Position numbers and translations under genes: made by a program. The notes beneath the pieces are model-generated. The model worked only from the letters and a program-made list of their open reading frames with translations, ran no database searches and was not told the origin of the DNA. 64,000 nt of DNA from Utricularia gibba (taxonomy: Eukaryota > Plantae > Magnoliophyta). How positions within the stretch are numbered: the first letter of the stretch is position 1; each line of letters begins with the position of its first letter. This document shows positions 11,105-24,865 of this stretch, piece after piece. The DNA lies in the NCBI GenBank assembly GCA_002189035.1, contig NEEC01000015.1, forward strand, positions 2,232,001-2,296,000, in the 5' to 3' direction.

Positions 11105-14100
11105 TCAATCAGTATAAGCACATGTATTTGGGCTGTAACTGTGAGTCTTCACTCCGCAATCACGAACCACATGCATCAGTAGATCGCACGCTTGCCGCGA
11201 CGTCGGCCTCTCCGCCGGATCGTTTCGGGTGCAGCGAACGGCAATTTCCAGAACTCGGAGTACGGATATTTCTTCATCCGGTAACAATGGTTTCATTGCT
11301 GCGTCGATCACGTCCTCATTCTTCTCCTCCAGTTGAAGCTTCACCCATCCAACCATGTCCATATCCGCATTAAATCTCCGATCGATTGGATATCTTCCCG
11401 TTACCATCTCCATTAACACTATCCCCATGCTGTACACGTCGCTCTTCTCCGTTGCTTTCAGTGAGTATCCGTACTCTGAGGATTGAACGAATTTGATGGT
11501 CAGTAAATGAGTTCGGAATGGACTCTTTAGTTGGTTTCGTACCTGGAGCTATGTAGCCGTAGGAGCCTGCAAAGTATGCGCTGGATTCTGTGGTGTGTGA
11601 GTCAGTGATCGCCTTGGCCAGCCCGAAGTCTCCCAATCGAGCCTCCATCTTGCTATCCAGTAACACATTGCTAGATTTAACATCCCTGTGAAGGATTTTT
11701 GGCGCGCAGTCGTGGTGAAGGTACTCCAATCCCTGGGCTAACCCTACAGCAATTTTCAGTCTTTGTTGCCAATTCATATTTTCTTTTTTCTTCATCTTCT
11801 CATTTTCGGATTTCTTGTGTAGCCAATCATACAAACTCCCGTTTTCCATGTACTCGTAGATCAGCAAATTCGACCCCTCTTTCCGGTTGCTGCAATACCC
11901 TAGAAGCCGAACCAGATGCCTGTGTCTGATTCTTCCAAGTGTTTTGATTTCTCTAGCGAAACTTGTGTCCAGGAATCTGATACCTTTGCTGGTATTCTCT
12001 TGATTGCTACCGTTTCTTCTGTTGATAAAGTTGCTTTGTAGATTGTTCCAGATCCCCCGCAACCGATTATGAATTCCTCGCTCAGATTATTCGTTGCCTC
12101 CATGATATCCACCCACCTAAAATCATTGGCAAAAGAAAGAGATGCGGGATAAGCCAAGCTTTGAAGATTGGGTAATGCGGAGCTCTGATGGCAGCATGGT
12201 ACGAGTGCAGATGTGAATTGACGAAAAAGAGTTCAAACTTACCTGAAATCCGACACGGCGGTTGGATGCTGATCATAAAGAGGGCGTTTCTGCCCCTGTG
12301 AAGAATTAGAGGAGTAAATGGAATCATGACCGAAGCCTTCTCTTCTTTTTCTGAAGAAAACCAGAGATACCAATAATGATACGATCAGCGCAACCGCAGC
12401 TACGAATGCTGAAGCTATGATAATCGCTGAAGATTCACCAGCTTCAGGTATCTTCTTCTTCCTTTCCGTTTTGCAACTCTGCATAGGATTTCCACATAAA
12501 TTCAAGTTTCCAACGAATGCACTTGCTGGCCAACGTCCAAATGGCTTATCCAGTTCTCCAGCTAGTCGATTGAATGAAACATTCAATCTTACCAAACTTC
12601 CCATTTGGCTGATTTCAGGAGGAACATCCCGAAGAGCTTATTGTTGGATAGGTCTAAAGATTCAAGTTTGGACAGTTTTCCGATGGACGGTGGGATGCTT
12701 CCTGTGAGGTTATTGCTGCTTAAATCTAGATAACTTTGCAAATTCTGCAGTTCTCCAATTTCAAGCGGAATAGGCCCAGTAAAGATATTCCCAGAAAGCT
12801 GGAGTTCATATAGCATCTTCAATTCACCAATGTAAGATGGAATACTACCTGAAAACCGGTTAGCTTTAAGATCAAGAACGTTTAGAGACACAAGTTTTCT
12901 TATTTCTGCCGGAAGGCTGCCATCGAGTGAGTTGTTTCCGAGAGACAAAACAAGAAGATTAGTACAATTGAACAATTCTCCAGGAAGTTTTCCGGATAAC
13001 AGGTTGTCTGAGAGCTTGAGTTCTCCTAAAAGAGGTAGATTGCCAACCCAGAAAGGAATTGGTCCGGAAATACGGTTGTGATCAAGATCAAGATGACTTA
13101 ATTTCTTACATAGAGAAAGCTGATAAGGTATTCTCCCAGTAAGCCTGTTTCCAGATAGATCTAACAGTGAAAGTTCCCGGATTAAGCCCAGAGTCGCAGG
13201 GATTTTCCCTGTAAACATGTTGCTGCCAAGGCGCAACCTTTCCAGATATGGGGAATACCCAATTTGATGAGGAATCTCATCGCTAAACATATTGTTAGTG
13301 ACATCAAACGAAAGATATTTCCGAGAGCTGCAAAGCGGTGCAAGGCTTCCATTAAGTTTGTTGTGGGAGAGATTGATCCTCGTCAAGTTTACTAGTTTTA
13401 TGAGTTCCTTGGGGATTTCACCACTGAGAGAATTGTCATACAGCATAAGCTGTTCCAGAGCTCCAAGATTGCCAAATGTTGGGGGATTCTGCCGGAAAGT
13501 CGATTATCCGCCAGGTCAATAACAGTCAGCAGTCTACAGTTCCCTAAGCCTGGAGGAATTTTGCCGGAGAGATCATTCTGTCGTATATGCAGAAAATTTA
13601 GCTGAGTTAACCCTCCAATGGTGGCCGGGATCTCACCGGTGAAATGATTACCAAATAGATCAACCATTTGTAAGCTGGTACAGTTGCCGATCTCAACTGG
13701 AATCTTGCCGGTGAACTGATTATCGTAAAGGTACAAGATTTGAAGATTCCTAAGCATTCCAATTTCTCCTGGAATATTCCCGGTGAAATGGTTATCGTAA
13801 AGAGCTAATGTCTGGAGATTGGACAAGTTCCCAACTCTTGGAGAAATGGAACCAGACAGCGTGTTGTTGTTGAGCATGAGATCAGTAAGCTCTGCCATCT
13901 CATAAAGCTCCATTGGAATGGATCCTTCCAGAGTATTACTAGACAAATCAAGCTGTTTCAGCGACCTGCATTTGCTCAATTCCGGGGTATTGAACCGGAG
14001 AACAGATTTTCTCCGAGCATCAAGTGTTCCAAACTGGAGTAGTTAGAGCAGAGGCCACTTGGAATGACGCCGGTGAGATAATTCCCAGAAAGAACCAAGT

Positions 14101-15061
14101 ATATCAGCTGTACCATTCTTCCAAATTCCCAGGGAAGTTCTCCCATGAGCTTGTTGCTCGATAAGTCAAGTTTCTGAAGAGCGGCGAGGTTGGTTAGCGA
14201 TTTGGGTATGGCGCCCTCAAGCTGGTTTCCCAAGAGATTCAAATATTGTAGTTGGGGCATTTTGCCGAGCTGGTGAGGGATTTCTCCTGAAAGAGAATTG
14301 TTGGCGAGGTTTAAAATCTGGAGATTTTTCAGAGCACCAAACTCAGATGGGATTGATGAATTCAAAAGGTTTCCAGCGGCAGTGAACACCATCAGGCTGG
14401 AGCAATTTCCAATCTCCGGTGGGATGGGGCCTTGAAGCGAATTCTGTTGCAAAATCATGTTTTGGAGATTCCGAAGATTCCCAAGCTCTCGTGGAATGGG
14501 GCCGGTAAGACTGCAGGAAGCGAGACCAAGAGTAGTGAGGTTACGAAGTTTGGCGAAAGACGGCGGAATAGGGCCTGTTAGCATATTATCCCCTATACGG
14601 AGACGGTGGAGATTCATGAGAGAAGAGAGCTGTGAAGGAATGTCGCCGGAGAGACGATTAGAGAAAAGGAGCAGTTCTTCCAAATAATAAAGTTTCGAGA
14701 GAGTTGTCGGAATGGTGCCGGTGAGGAGATTAGAGGAAAGATCAAGGTGGCGCAAGTGCCGGAGACGGCCGACTGCCGGAGAAATAGTTCCAGAGAGGGA
14801 TGAATCAGAGAGATTCAACTGAATAACATGACGCTGAGAAGAGCACGAAACACCTCTCCATTTGCAGAAGTCGCCGTTGTCGGCAGCCCAGTCATGCAAA
14901 ATGCCCAGGGGGTCGTCGGTGAACGACGCTTTTACCTCTAACAGAATCTCTGCCGCCGTCGTCAAGGCCGCCGCGCGCTCACCGCCAGCGGGAAGAAACA
15001 GCACAGCGGCCATCACCATGAACGTAATAGCACGATCCTTACGTGAGCTGCAGGGAGCCAT
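11105..15061 (-). CDS. GSO1: LRR receptor-like kinase GASSHO1/SCHENGEN3-like (LRR-XI), with four 1-bp frame breaks and two introns
   Basis: Signal peptide, long LRR array, TM ([25 protein letters not shown]) and kinase ([45 protein letters not shown]|EY). Island motifs [15 protein letters not shown] and [11 protein letters not shown] are typical of GSO1/2. Introns at 12117-12242 and 11476-11542. Confidence 0.9.
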
Positions 15062-15681
15062 AGCTGACGATCAGTGATCAAAACGAACGTAGTGCCGCCG
15101 AGATTGAAACCCAGTAACAGCAATGACAGCAGCAAGGCAATGAATGCGTTGATATGCAGGGTACGGCGAATAGCCACCGCCGGAGATGGCCACTAAGAAA
15201 CAGTAAGAGAAAGTTATGGGTAAATGGGGAAGTGATGAAGCAATAAATGGGGAATGGTTGGAAATGAAGAAAAAGAAAAATGGAGTTGTTGACGTTTTCG
15301 AGTCAGAGAGAAAGCTATTGGTTTTGCCGGATTAGGAAGCCACGGCGTCGTGATCACCGAAGCCGGCGGTTGGGGTTCCCGATATGCAAAGAAACAGAAT
15401 TAACTTTTTTTATTTATTCTCCTCCTTTTGTTGATTGGTTCAACAGCTCGGCTGCTCCGGTTTCAGTGATCATCGCCGTCGTAGTGCGGCGCCCGAAGTG
15501 GTTCTGTTAGCGCGGGATGAAGATGGATTCCGACAGGTGCATGACTCCTGTCTGAAGCACTGCGTTTTGTTCTCAAGTCTCTTGTCGTTTTGATCCACCG
15601 TTAAGGATTAACGCTTGAGGGACTAATTAGTCCACAATTACTCTTAATGGAGTTGGATTAGCTCACTGGGTATTACTTGTA

Positions 15682-15722
15682 CATATATATATATATATAT
15701 ATAATTTTTTTTTTTTTTTTTT
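15682..15722. repeat. (AT)n plus poly-T tract between the divergent GSO1 and PLGG1 genes
   Basis: Direct reading. Confidence 0.8.
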
Positions 15723-15859
15723 GGTTATTTGTAGGGAGAGCTCAATCTGCTTCAGGCCACACGATTGCCATTCCAATCCACGATACCTGGAAGAAAAAAA
15801 AAATGGTGTTACGATCACCCCTCCTTTTCCCAAATTCTATTTTCAGTTTCCGGGTTTCC

Positions 15860-18101
15860 ATGGCATCGGTTTCTGCAGTTTCGTATACCGTTTCTTCTCC
15901 CGCCAGTTCTGTTTACAGTTTCTCAATCAATATTCGTCGCAGTGGAATCACACGGATGCCGACGGCGAGGTCGACGCCGGTCTCTTTCACGAGAAGTGGA
16001 AGTCTGGCATTCGAGCAGGGCACAAGATCGGGAAGTGGTCGTGGGTTCAATTCACGGTTTTTGGTCGCTGCTCCTAGTAAGCGGTGCTCTTTGAGAAGGA
16101 TTTTTGTCAATGCGGCCGGATCATCAAGCGGGTCCAGTGAAACAAGCCTTCTTAGCCCGGTATAAGTTAACGGACTTTCCCTGTAATTATCACCAATGAT
16201 GTGCTTAGAAGGCTTCAGCCTCAGTTTTGGAGCAATGCTACCGCTAAATTTCACCAGTTTTCCGTTGTGAATATTTGTGTTCTCACTCTCGGGTTCTGTA
16301 CCAGAGCTTATGCTAAATCCGCTTTGGCTCTTTTCAGGTCGTTGAACTGTGGCGTTTGCTGGTTCCCTTGGGAATAATCCTTGCCACTGATAAGCTGTTA
16401 AAGAATCTTTTTGTGGCTGCTGCCATCAAATTTCCAAGTGCCTTATTTGGAATGTTTTGTGTATTTACCATTTTGATGGTCCTTGACTCCACCGTCCCTG
16501 CGGCCGCCACTGCGGTCATAAACTTCTTTCAGCCGGCACTTCTCTTCATTCAGAGGTGGCTTCCATTGTTCTACGTCCCATCTTTGGTGGTTCTTCCCCT
16601 GGCTGTAAAAGATATTCCAGCTGCTTCTGGTCTTAAAATCCTATACATTATAGGTATAGAAGCCTGCTTCTTCTTCCACTGAATCTATGAACCTTGAACC
16701 AACAGGAAGTAAGAACATGATCCATGGTTTCTTTTCCTTGTTCCCTGCAGTTGGAGGTTGGTTTGCTTCACTTTGTGTAGCTGGTTTTACAGCTATTGCT
16801 GTGAGAAACGTGGTGAAAACAGAGTTAATACCTGCTGAAAAAATGCCAAAACCTTCACCATTTTCTTCATCAGAGCTATGGCTGTGGAGTGGTGTATTCC
16901 TCATTTCTTTTATTTCAGCACTGCTTTATCCTAACATTCTTGGAACAAATGCAAGAACCTGCTTGCCTTTTCTCCTCGCTTCTACTGTTTTAGGCTACAT
17001 TTACGGCTCCAGGTTACACAAGATACCTTTTTGTTTTCTTCAGCAAGACTAGCACCTTACCCCACACTCTTGAGTGCTAAGTTTTTCTTGGTTTAGTCTA
17101 CCAGCGAATATAAAGAATGTTTTCCATCCAATAGTCTGCTGCGCACTCTCGGCAGATTTGGCTGCATTTGCATATGGCAAACTGTCAGGATCTGGGCTTA
17201 ACCCAGTTTTAGGTAAATATCATGTGTGCCCTCATTTGAACAGGAGCCAGGCATAATCGAAAATCATCTTGAAAAATGCAGGACACTACCTTACGAAGTC
17301 TAGTTTGAACCCTGGAGCAGGTGATCTCCTGATGGGATTCCTTGGATCAGTTATTCTATCTTTCGCCTTCTCAATGTTCCAACAGAGAAAGGTGATCATT
17401 ATTAAGTGCGCATGATATCTGAGGAGGCTTTTAGGGAGAAATCATCCACTCTCATCATGTGTTCTGATCATTGCTTGCAGCTGGTTGAGAGACATGCTGC
17501 TGAGATATTCACCTCCGTGATCATTGCCACTGTGTTCTCCTTGTACTCAACGGCCTTCTTGGGACGTCTCATCGGCCTCGAGTCTTCGTTGACAGTGTCC
17601 GTTTTGCCACGATGCATAACTGTTGCTCTTGCATTGAGCATCGTGTCATTCTTTGAGGGTTCAGAATGCATTTCTCTCTTTTTCGCATCTCAATCCCACT
17701 GTTTTAGATGCTACCATAACAACTGAGTGCTGCTTGCTTGTCTGCTTCAGGCGCCAACTCCTCTCTCACAGCCGCTGTGGTAGTCCTAACCGGCTTATTG
17801 GAGCAAACTTTGTTCAGGTGACTCTGGATAAACTCGGCTTCCGAGATCCTATAGCCCGAGGAATCGCCACGGCTTCAAGGTATGATGATCTGAAGCGGAA
17901 ACTCCGTTTGAGGTTAAGTTTACAGCTCCTGCCTGATGCTTTGATCACAGTGCCCACGGTCTGGGAACAGCTGCATTATCAGCCAAGGAACCAGAGGCTC
18001 TTCCCTTTTGTGCAATCTCTTACGCGCTGACTGGTATATTTGGCTCCCTGATTTGCTCGGTTCCAGCCGTTCAACAAAGCTTGATCGCCATTGTTGGCTG
18101 A
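15860..18101 (+). CDS. PLGG1: Plastidal glycolate/glycerate translocator 1 (LrgB-like), 1-bp break at about 17792
   Basis: Ser-rich transit peptide, WLVPLGIILA, FIQRWLPLFYVPSLVVLPL, VLPRCITVALALSIVSFFEG, DPIARGIATAS, EPEALPFCAISYALTGIFGS, ending QSLIAIVG* (TGA 18099-18101). Confidence 0.93.
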
Positions 18102-18497
18102 AGCTCCAGCAGACGCACACACTTCTTTGTCTCTTGAAAGTATAGTGTATGCTCTGCTTTTTGTTCAAATCACTGCATTTATGTCTTCAGCATTTTGATC
18201 AGTTTTGCAGTGATTTGAAATCTGACGACGTAGTGTCAATCAATGCAAAAGAAATAGATGATATAAACTAGGGATTGAATCACGAAACGTAGCATCAGGG
18301 TAGTACAGTGGTATAAATCCTGAGAATTACACTTAGGCAAAGCAAAACAGAGCAAATCGCCAGATTTCAACAGATGTAGAAGACCGAGAACTATCAAACC
18401 AAATGCCAGATTACAAATTTCCAGTTTCACTTCTGCCCTCTGAAAAATGAGTATACTCGCTGCAAGGATCGGAGGGAGGAGGTAAGTGAATATAAGT

Positions 18498-21025
18498 CTA
18501 GGATCCTATGAAGCGAAAAACAAGGATGAACTTGATATGAACTTTTGTGATCATGCCACGCAAACAGTTGAAATTGTCTGAAACATAACAAATATCCGCA
18601 AAGAAAAACAATGCCCGCATTATCACAATGGATATCTCACCTGGAGCACCACCAAGCTGAGAAGTGTTTCCAAGCAAAATAGTGCAAATCCAACCAGGTA
18701 AAAGATCTGCAAAATTTGCATTTAGTAGTGCGTCGATTATGAAACAGTTGGTGCACCAGGAAAATGAAAAAGATTCCATGGCCAAGAAAAAACGAGATTC
18801 AAAGGATGCCTACAGAACAATAAATAGGAAAAGAAATACTCACCCCGACCAGCAAATGATCAGAAAAGCCACCAATAACCGCAAGGATACCACTGAATCA
18901 AAACATGGAAAATATATTATCTTAAAAAAGACTTTGTATCGATTATTCTGTGGAAAACGCTGAGAATAAAGATACAAGGGGAAGAAAAGGTAAGCCAAGA
19001 ACCTACGTTAAAGATCGCCCACGAAAGAAAATGGGAGGAGCTATGGCAGCAACGATGCAAAATCCAATATGGAGCTGCACAGTGAGACAGAGTTGGAGAT
19101 CGCAAATTTGACTACCTAGATCAAATGAAACAACAGAAAACCGTACCAAATAGGAAAAGAAGAACCATCCAAACTTCACAGCGCTGTCATTCCTGAATAT
19201 GGGTGCGGGTGGGCGTGAATTATTGTAAATTGCCTAACAAGAATGAAAGTGATAGCAAGGTGACGCCAAGTACCTCACAGCATTGTACAAAGGCCTATAC
19301 CATAGGACATAGGAAAGTGGGCACCCCAATAAGGCATATATAATGGCCAGGAAAAAAATTGTGACACCTGCAAGTCAAGATGACTTTAAAATCAGTGACC
19401 AGGGTGTCAAGAACTTATAATGAGACACCGACGTGGTAATCAAACAGACTTACCACCGCCCCTGATCCATGCAACAGTAACCGCAACGATATTGAACAAG
19501 AGACAAAGTTCAATACCTACAAAAACTCACTATTAGAAATACGTGAAAGAAGATACCAACTGCAATTTGAGTAGAAACGTATTTCCATTTGATGATCATT
19601 CATTTTCTCCCTCTCCACTAAACACAAGTTTCCGACACAGCATGATGTTAGACTTGTACAAAATACTTTTTGAGATGGAGTCATCCGAATAATTGCAAAA
19701 TGGTGACTTTAATGGGGCAGGCTCGTATTTCACAAGTGTTGGTAAACTTTCTGAGATTTATCTGAGGAATAAAATATACTCACCTAACCAGCTGGCAAAT
19801 GCAAGATATTGCATCTTTTGAGCATGAACCGGAATTTCATTTGCTATGTCATGATGAATCAATGGGAAGAAGGGCGGCCAATTCCTGTCATCAGCAGGGG
19901 CAGCAACTGCAATAGCGGAACTTTTAGATGGTTAGAAGCCAGAGTGCTATAGATATTTTTATCAAAAAGGCAATTAAACCTCAAATTCAAGGATTACCAG
20001 ATGCAGTAGCATCTTCTCTCCGTTTGATTTCCTGCAATGTAAATGATGTTTTTTTACTCATAGGTGCAGAACAAAGGAATCAAACGCTCTGAGAAGCCAT
20101 GTCTTTACAATAATGGCAATTGACAAGACTTGAGGTAAACCAAGTCAATAATTTTTTAGGACACACTTTCTTTTTTATAATTTATTCCTATGACCAACCA
20201 TAGTAGAAGCCATCTAAAACAGATAAATGAAAAGACATCATAGACATCTGACAACCCACTTCTGACAATAGAACATAAATTGGAGCCCACCTTCTCCCTC
20301 CGCTTCAAATCTGCTTCCCAATTAGAAAGCTCCTTCTGCTTTTTGCTGGGTCCTAAAAAACAATAGTGTAAAATTCAGATACATGCACTAACACAAGGAA
20401 AAATTCAATAACTTGTAGCTTGTTTACACACAGTCACGGAATCCAGTGGTATATCAACAGTTGCATCGTTTTTCTGTCCAAAACCAAAGGCACTAGAAAC
20501 TGCTTTAGGAACACGCGCCTGCGAAGCAGCAGCATTCTGCAAAATAACATAAAATGTAAAATAGCCATGCAAACTAACATTCATGCAGCAGGAGCGACAT
20601 TCAAATTTAGCGACTGAAGAACAAGGCCACTGAAAGTAAGCCTTGTATTGAAATGTTCATCTCTGGGCTGCCGAGTTCCAGGATCGCACCCGAGATGCAT
20701 AAAGGATTCAACTAGCCTAAAACTACCCAGCAGTCCCGATTGAAAATAGAAAGCAACAAGATCTAATCGGCATCAATTTCTTCCATCACCGAGAATTTCT
20801 CCCTCTAACTCGTTAGCGCCCTTCCTTCGATCCATTCTCACAACATCAAACAAACAAAAAATCGAAATCTCCGCAAACCACGGATCTCAATCCAGCAGTC
20901 ACAAACTCTACAAAACAACAAATCCTCAAAAAGCGGACAAAAAAAAATAAAAATGAGTGTACCGCGAAGGGATTAACTTCAGTCTCCACGTCGTCAAACG
21001 GATTCGGATCGCTTCCCCTACTCAT
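18498..21025 (-). CDS. SCAMP: Secretory carrier membrane protein (SCAMP4-like), about 11 exons
   Basis: N-terminal NPF motifs ([16 protein letters not shown]), [81 protein letters not shown]. The frame of the last exon is uncertain. Confidence 0.9.
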
Positions 21026-21530
21026 TCTCAACCGAATTCCGCAAACCCCAAAGCTTCAAATTAAGCAACTGAAGCGATGCACCCAAATGCAGGAGGAGCG
21101 GGTACCATCACCGCCCTCAGTCTTCCCACGAAATTACCAAATTAACCCCTGGTCCGTGGGCCATGGGCACCGTCAACAGCAAATCATTATTTATTAAAAA
21201 ATAAACAATTTCAAGTACTCTAGCACCTAGTTTTGCAAGAACGAAGACCACAGTTGGCCGAAGCAACGGAGACACATGAAATGACAGATCCACCCCCACA
21301 CCATTGCATTACGTATTTACATTACCACGATGCCCGAAACGACGTCGTCTCAACAAAGGGGTAGGACCGCGTACCCGGTACCCCTATAACATAGTACACA
21401 CACAGCTGGGCAGAGCAACTAGACTAGAGCCTAACTTCCCTTCGGTCCGGTCCACACACACACACACTCGCGTGGCACTCGCAACGGCAAAAGCCTCACC
21501 TAAGCCCTCAGAAATCCCATCTCTGGTGCA

Positions 21531-21547
21531 GGGGGGGGGGGGGGGGG
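21531..21547. repeat. G17 homopolymer just downstream of the ARF stop codon
   Basis: Direct reading. Confidence 0.85.
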
Positions 21548-21556
21548 CTGCCGCTT

Positions 21557-24500
21557 TTAATCTCCGGAGACCAGAGCTGCGGTTGTTTCTTTGTCGCAAA
21601 TTGACGAGGAAGGGAATCCGCGTGACTTCATTTTCTTCACATCTTGGCTGGAGCAAATGAAGATTCTTCTAACCATGCTGCAAAACTCTCTGCAGGGAAG
21701 GTGGTGTTGTGCAGGTGAGGTGATGGATATCAAGGTGTGTGAAAAGGAGGGAAGGCGGGGGACTTACGGCCATGGATCATCACCGGCGAGCATCATGTCT
21801 CCCTCATCATCTGTGTACACGATTTCCCATTTGTTCCGGGTTCGAAGCTCTCCCTTGATTTCGAACATTTCCTCGAGTTCTATGATGAGGTCTTCATAGC
21901 CCTTCAGAGAGGGCAAGTCCACTGCTCTACCAACTGCAACTCCTTGCATTTGTACCTTTAGTGCCATGCCAAAGAGACAATCTTGTGTGTAAGGTGAGCA
22001 GCAAGGGAGAAAATACTCCGACACAGATGATTATTCACCACATACCTTGGTACGACTTCTCGAGAATGAGCTTGATCTACACAGAACCTCCTCCTGCATC
22101 TGGTCTTGCTTTTGTTCATGGGACTCCTTGGACGCATCAGGTTGCTGTTGTTCCCAGTGAAGGGATGACGACATCCTTGCAAGGGAGGCCTCGCCATCAA
22201 TGTTGGGTGCATTAGATTTTCCCATCTCATCACATGACGGTACAGAAGGCATGTTCAGGTCGATCCCAAATAGTCGGCATCCTACAGCACTTTCTGACTT
22301 CTTACTGGCATTGTCACATGATGTCGGGCTATTTCCAGGTATTCTTGAAAGATTGGTGGTGCTGGACCGGGCGGAAGCACTCTTGCCTTCGGTCTCTTCA
22401 ATAATCATATCTCCAGATGCATTTCCAACATCTGTTTTCTTACTGAGTGAACTAACTACAAAAAACGGAGATGATTTAGATCAACAAAACAACTGAGGAA
22501 AAAGAAACACCGGGACCTTGACAATAACAATTACCCAAAGCAGGAACATCAACATGAGATCTTAAGCGTTTAGGCTTCACAGCCGATGGCAGATTCAGGC
22601 TTGGTGGAACGGAGGAAACAAACGGTTCGATCTCCCAAGGAGAAACTCTATCTGGCCTAGCAATAGAAGCTGGTTCATCCCATTGAACCTGAAATGAACA
22701 AAATCTCAGTCTGGTTTTAGCACCGGGAATACGGGGTGGCCATGGATGTTACTTGCCTTCAGTGTTCTCCATTTAGAACCTTCACATGATGGGGAAACAT
22801 CCTCGACTCCAATTATGGTTCCTGAAAACCTGATGCTCAATCAAAGTCAAAAGAGAAGTAACATAAGTGATTTATCTCACAATCAACCAGAAAAATATTG
22901 ACAGGCTCAGTGTCCCAACCTCCTCTCTGGAGAATCCTCTCCTTCGAAAGGCATTTTGAATCTCATTCCAACACCAAAGTTTTGGCTCATAGCTTCTAAG
23001 TACTTGTTCAGGCCAATGATAAACTGGCTAATTCTGTGTGGGGAGACTAATTTAATAAAAACCAACAAACCATAGATCTAGCTGTGCAAAAAGTTGACGC
23101 CCCAAACCTCGGTTTGTAGTACACAACAAATATAGTGTGCGTCAAGACGGCATGAGAGGCAGTTGCAAGAACCCCCAAGTGCATGCTCTGGCTTGAGATA
23201 ACTGAGGATGGCATGGAACTCTGCTGTCGAGAATGACGCCTAACTCCAACTCGCAATTCCCCTGTCTCTGCCCTATAAAATTGTAGGGTACACAATGGAA
23301 CGCATGGCATGTTTCTAGGGTATAAGACTAAAACCGCTTACCTCAGAAACACAAAAGAATCACCAGCAACTAATCTTTTTGAAGTGACGAAGGTACTCCA
23401 ACCAGTGGTAAGCAGATGCCTCCGAGGTTGTCCTGTACATTTCATAATGTATTCAAGTTATACCAAAAGACAGGAACCCACATTGGGCAATCAAAAAATC
23501 ACCTCTAAATATGTGCTTAAAACGCCATTCGATTCCATGTAGATCATGAGATACGAGTTCCTGAGTTGGTGTTTGTTGGCTCATATCCTGGTCCAGGAAT
23601 CATCAAATGATGGAGCATGAATCCTCGAAAGTAAATCAGATGCAGTCAACAATGAAAAAACCAAGCAAGGGCTTTTTACCAACGGAGGAAGGCAATCATT
23701 AGCATGTTTCCGGAGCACCGAGAAGCCACCATGTGTACTAGTGTCTGATGCAGTCAACACCTTGCAGAAGGAATGAACTACAGGCCTGGGAGGCTCATCA
23801 GGATGACTATCTGGGCTTGTTGGCTCAGATTGCTACACAGATTATGAAACGGTAGGTAAACAAACTAGTGCTCAAAGACTAGAAACAAAATACGTCGATG
23901 AACTGTCTTACATTAACTTCTGGCATCAAAGTAATCTGTGCAAAAACCTCGTCAGTATCCTGCTCGGCCTGCAGTCAATTCAGAAGCACGTCAAGTTCTA
24001 TAGGCCCTCAGTCAGCAGGGAAATCACACTCAAACATAGTACAGCCGAAAAAATAGACCGCAGTGAAACAAAAAAAACAGACGCCGACTTTTTCATTTTC
24101 CGGCGCAGGACACTTTCTTTTTGAGGTTCTAACACATAAATTAGCCATTTGGCTTTCCAACTTTAGTTCTCACGCAGTTGCCTATTCGGGAGAGACTGGC
24201 ATTTATAGAAAATTATGTCTCCTGCTGAAAGGCACAGGAAACGGGCGTCGCCTAATACTCCCCCAAAAAACCCTTAATCGATTAGACCAAAAGCAGGAAG
24301 GAAGATGAAGAGAGCAGATAGAAACGAAACCGTACAAGTAGCTGAATGTTGAAAACACGACAAAGGATCTTGGACGGCAGATTGAACATCGGAATCCTTT
24401 GATTTAACTCCTGATTCGTAGATGCCTCCAACTATTGCATCCCAGGAAAAGCAAAAAATTCCCAGAAAAGATGCAGTCAAAATTCGTGGAGTTTCATTTT

Positions 24501-24791
24501 CAAATCCAGAAATATAACCCAAATTAACAAAGAACCCTCACTTGTTCGATATGGCCCTGTGGAAAATAGTAAACCCTTTCTCCAACCTTGGGCACTTCCA
24601 CCAAAGGACCAGCGCAAGCCTTCCAGAGCTCTTCATACAGCGTATCCTTCACCTCACTTTCTGAAATTCCCTCAAACAAAGTAGAGCATTAGAAAACAGC
24701 AACAAAAAAAACAGAGAGAGTGCGAAGCGAAGCGTGGCGCGAAGATTATACCAGCGTGCCGCTGCAGAGTTAAGGCGCTCCTGCTCGCCAT
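21557..24791 (-). CDS. ARF: Auxin response factor, class B repressor (ARF9/18-like) with B3, ARF and PB1 domains
   Basis: [102 protein letters not shown] 24791, TAA 21557-21559. Confidence 0.96.
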
Positions 24792-24829
24792 GGGAACGGA
24801 ACACCAAGCTAGAAATTAGTCGAAAAATA

Positions 24830-24865
24830 TCACAACATCACGAGGCTGAATCCACTACATCTCAT
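24830..24865 (-). other. uORF (MRCSGFSLVML*) in ARF 5' leader
   Basis: ATG 24865 to TGA 24830, ending 38 nt upstream of the main ATG. Confidence 0.6.

Noticed and set aside
22949-22951. [12 protein letters not shown] instead of the usual MRFKMRFEG
   Set aside because: A single substitution that I cannot evaluate without an alignment.
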